From: Eledone cirrhosa
Lineage: Eukaryota
DNA: 64,000 nucleotides
Direction: 5' to 3'
Assembly (NCBI GenBank): GCA_964016885.1
Contig: OZ024750.1
Coordinates: forward strand, 26,226,001-26,290,000
A program made the translations under genes and the position numbers. Numbering within the stretch: position 1 is the first letter of the stretch; the number at the start of each line of letters is the position of its first letter. Below, one piece after another: positions 59,860 to 64,000 of this stretch. A model generated the notes under the pieces. That model was not told the origin of the DNA and ran no database searches. It saw nothing but the letters and a program-made list of their open reading frames with translations.

Positions 59860-61999
59860 ATATTTATTTAAGTTAGTTGGTTCACCACTGGATAGAACTG
59901 GTCATTCCGTCTGGTCCACCTCGATGTAATATTATGGTGAGCACTCGACGTAATGTAACTCAACTGTCTTCGTTTGTGTAGTTGGTGGTGCGAGTACGGA
60001 GTTAATTATTATAGAATAACAGGAGGCTGGACTGGTGTAATTCCTTGAAAGGTTTATTATACTATGATCATTTCAATGACCGGGTTCAGTATGAATCCGG
60101 TGACATCATCAGGTATTCAGAATATAACAAAGGAATATAATAGACAAAATCCATGGGGCTGAAAATCAGAGACATGAGGATGACCGAACATTCAGGCGCT
60201 TCCACCTCGGTGGACCGCCCCCAATTGTTTCTGTACAGATGAGAGACGTGTATTTACGCTTAAACAATGAATCAATCTGTTACAATTAATAATTAATTGT
60301 TTCTACTTTAGGCACAATGTCCGGTGTTACTACGTTAACATAGCAAATTGCATTACTAATGATTTAGAATAGTGATACTTTACTATTATGAGTGTGAATT
60401 GCAGCTGTTGAAAGATGTAGTGAACAATTAAGTTGATATAATAGACTTAAACATGCTTAAGTTCAATTATAACATATCATATATAAACGCAAGCCTCTCG
60501 GAGATATTACCATACCAAACAAGTTAGAGGTGTAATATCTTAGACGGTTAACATAAGACCATACGTTAGGAAGAACGTCTGTAGACGCATAGCTTAAAAA
60601 ATACGCACGGGTGGGTATATTCATATATAAACATACGTACGTACGTGTTTGTACATTCTCCAATGCATATACTCGTAAATATACGCAGATACATTGGATA
60701 GGTGTACATGCACACATGGTAATACGAGGTACGTAATTTAGTTAGTACTAGTCATAAGACACAAACCGTATTCACACGCCGTAGTGCATTTTGATAGAAT
60801 TCTTTACATTTCCGGAAATATTCGTTCCCCGACCATATCTTAAAGGAGGGGAAAATTGTGAATTTTCCCTTCCCACATGATGCGAAGTGTTCACTGCATG
60901 TGGTGTTTCTGACAGAGGGATCTCTAATTTATTTTTTATGGACCCGAACACTATCATGCAGACCCGTTCTCAAATGTAGTATTCTTCAAGTTGTGGGCAG
61001 GTCACACAATAAATTAAGGTTTTTGTTTTGCATTTCACGCTTGCCTTAAATTTGAAAATGTCATTGTTTCAAGAGGAGATTTGCCCTCTCTCTTCAATGA
61101 ATGAACAAGTTCCGTATCAAGGTTTCTCGCATTTCTTAACTTGCATTGATTCATTGTCAGATGTAAATTTCGCCTTACTAAACAGTATTTTAAAAGTGAG
61201 GTGCTTGGCGTCTACTATATAGTATTTGTGAGTCTTTTATGAGTGCTATCATTTTGGAGGACTGCTTGAGAATCGGGAGATATTGTTTAGAGTCTTTCAT
61301 GATGTTGAAGTTCCATGGATTGTAAGTGACGATGAAAGGGATAACTGCTTTTTCCCTTTTATTTTGTAGATTTATTTTCCCTCAGTTTTGTCACTGGGCT
61401 ATTCTGGGCCTTGGAGATGGTCGTATTGATGAAGCTCACCGGATAGTCTATTAAGGAGCTCTTTTAGTTCATATAATCCTTTTTTCTATAGTGTGGTTTG
61501 TGTTTCTATGGTGCAATTGCGTTTTGTCATATTATAGGGAATGTTCCTTTTGGTATGTGAGTGTTGTGCTGACCGGAAATTCAAGTACTGGTGTGTGTCT
61601 GTTCGTTTGTAAAATAGGTCTGTTTTTATTTTTTCCCCTTCTTTAATGATAGTGATATCCCACAACGGTCGTTCCTTTTTCTTTCAATCCATGGTAAATT
61701 GTCTTGCTTCGTGAAGCCTGTTTATGATGGAATGGAATCTTTGTAGGTCTCCTTGGCTTCTATTAAAGAAGATGAAGCAGTCGTCTAGGTAACATTTCCA
61801 GTTGTTATTAATGTAGGTGGCAAAGTCGTGACTGAAAGCGTCTTGCAGCTGGGAATATAATTTTACCTCTAGGTGACCCAAGACGAGTGTTACATATGTT
61901 GGGTCTACTTTGGTGCCGATGGATGTTTCTTTTGTGTATGTATGTATATATATATTCCTGCGATTGTCTGTTTTTTCTTTTTTCTTTTCTGTTATTCCG

Positions 62000-62003
<4 letters not shown>
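59860..62003 (-). mobile_element. Decayed Penelope-like element (RT plus GIY-YIG), related to 31818-32320
   Basis: MGHLEVKLY...WKCYLDDCFIF, YKRTDTHQYLNF, KRNIPYN and RVRVHK on the minus strand (~60770-61930); (TA)n at both ends. Confidence 0.85.
60059..60116 (-). ncRNA. Hammerhead motif downstream of the minus-strand Penelope ORF
   Basis: atac CUGAUGA tgtcaccggattca-tac-tgaacccggtcatt GAAA tgatca UA gtat. Confidence 0.75.
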
Positions 62004-62074
<71 letters not shown>

Positions 62075-63368
62075 CATAATATTTTACCTTTGAACAGAAA
62101 TACACGGACTACCTTCCGGTTATATAGCGATGCTTTTGTTGGTCCCATTTATATTACTTGTACTTGTGATTGCAGCGGTCATCTACTGGTATGTGATTTC
62201 TTGTATCAATACAATTGTTAGAAGTAATTAGTGAATTTCAATCTGTCTGATGTTTAGATTTAGAATCAATAAAATTGTATTTTTCTTTTATAATTGTATA
62301 TTGTGTAATTGACCTTCGTATGTTTCAGCGATGAGTTTTCAATATGATAACTTATTTTCCCAGTTGTTCGGTGAATATTAATGACCACGTATAATATTAA
62401 ATGTACTAATTGCAGTCGTTTGACTAATTATTGCCTCATAATTTGAGCAGGACATTTAAAAAATTTCTTTTTCACACAAACATAGTAATTGTGTTTGATA
62501 GGCTAAAACAAGCTTTGCCTTGATGTTATTTCAATAGAGATACATCAGGCATAAAGTTGGAAACTGTAAAGTATTACATCATGTTCTCAATATTGTGAAT
62601 TTCCTATATATTTCATATTAGTATTTTATTGTTTTGACTAGAAATATTTTGATTAGCTAATTACATTTTCTATAGCCCAAGCAATATCAAGTTTATTTTT
62701 TATACCGTTACAAGTACAAAATGTCACGAGTCATAGGCATACTTATTGAAACAGTTTATAATTGAGTCTAATATGTTAGAATCTTTTAAAAATATCCTTT
62801 AAAAAATACTCGTACGAATTAAATACAAAATTTTCAGTCGAAAACAAAAGCAAATTACTTCAAATTATATAATTTTGAAAAATAGATGTGAATGTTCTCA
62901 AAGACTTGATCTCAGTCGAATAATCTTATTTTAATTTTTATTCTATATTTTACTGTTAGCTGTTGCCATATTTTAAGTGGATAGACAATTCTACAATTCA
63001 AACTGTAAAGTCAAAATATAAAAGATACAAAATGTGAAGGATTTCTTACCTTTCTCTGGAATCTCAAACTCAAGGGAAAAATAGTACCTTGCAAAATAGA
63101 GTGCTTCGATCACAAACTTAGTTGCAAAGAATAAATTGAGATGCTTGGTGACAGTGAGCAAGAAAAATATGTATCCCTTATATATATATACATAGATAGA
63201 TACACACGCACACACGCACACACACATACACTCACACACAAACTTGTGTGTGTGTGTGTGCCTTGTTTTTGGTACAGAAAGAATTTTTGTCTCCAGTTTA
63301 TATTTCCGTATTGCCGGGTCAAAGGCCACTGTTCTGTTCAACAACGTAAAATAACGCCATACAGACAC

Positions 63369-63437
<69 letters not shown>

Positions 63438-63782
63438 AATAATGATGGCTGCGTGTTGCAAATGGTGGTGCATATGAAAAAGTAAGTCCTTCATCAGTGA
63501 CCCTCCAACCGTCCCAGGCATTTCATCGCTTTAAGGGCCATATGCCTCAGGTTGGTGCGAACAACGGCTAAAAAAAGTCGTTGGGACACGTAAACAAAGG
63601 GGACGCCAGGGTAACAAACAAAAAGGTTTAAGCAACGGAAAGTGAGAAGAAAGAGACAAGTCCCAGATCTCTATGAATATAAACTCGGTGAAATCGTGAA
63701 CAAGAGACAAAAGACCATCAAACCTGGTTGAAATGTGAGCAAGGAAAGAATTTCGCACAGGTATAACGGGGAGGGGGGGGGG

Positions 63783-63783
63783 A

Positions 63784-63818
<35 letters not shown>

Positions 63819-63877
63819 AGAAGAAGAAGAAGAAGAAGAAGAAGAAGAAGAAGAAGAAGAAGAAGAAGAAGAAGAAG
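63783..63877. repeat. (GAA)n microsatellite inside a repeat with inverted ends (~63529-63575 and ~63955-64000)
   Basis: Seen directly. Confidence 0.85.
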
Positions 63878-64000
63878 ATAAATGGGTCTGGTCTACGAAT
63901 TCGGTAAACATAAATTTTGTGAAGTCGCAGACGAAAGAGAGAGAGAGAAAAAAAAAAAATAGCCGTTGTTCGCACCAACCTGAGGCATATGGCCCTTAAA

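Overview
AT-rich, microsatellite-saturated animal genomic DNA. The tRNA-derived SINE and the repeat landscape suggest an octopod cephalopod (inference). Host content is limited to scattered plus-strand exons of a multi-EGF-repeat gene: four intact 8-Cys, phase 1-1 exons, one decayed copy and a possible upstream Lys/Asp/Gly-repeat exon. The rest is intron filled with retroelements: a near-complete R4/Dong-like RLE LINE stacked with two other copies in (TAA)n, Tx1/L1 3' ends in (TATC)n, RTE and CRE fragments, several Penelope-like (RT/GIY-YIG) relics, SINEs and hAT-type MITEs. The main unannotated signal is about 15 distinct minimal type I hammerhead-ribozyme motifs (about 22 copies, read by eye, several degenerate). 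Most have a palindromic stem III and sit in short ORF-less elements with tandem or inverted termini embedded in (TA)n. The window also holds many fold-back inverted duplications, the largest a ~3.35 kb palindrome. One hammerhead lies at the boundary of a duplication that copied two EGF exons. All calls are by eye; no searches or folding were run.
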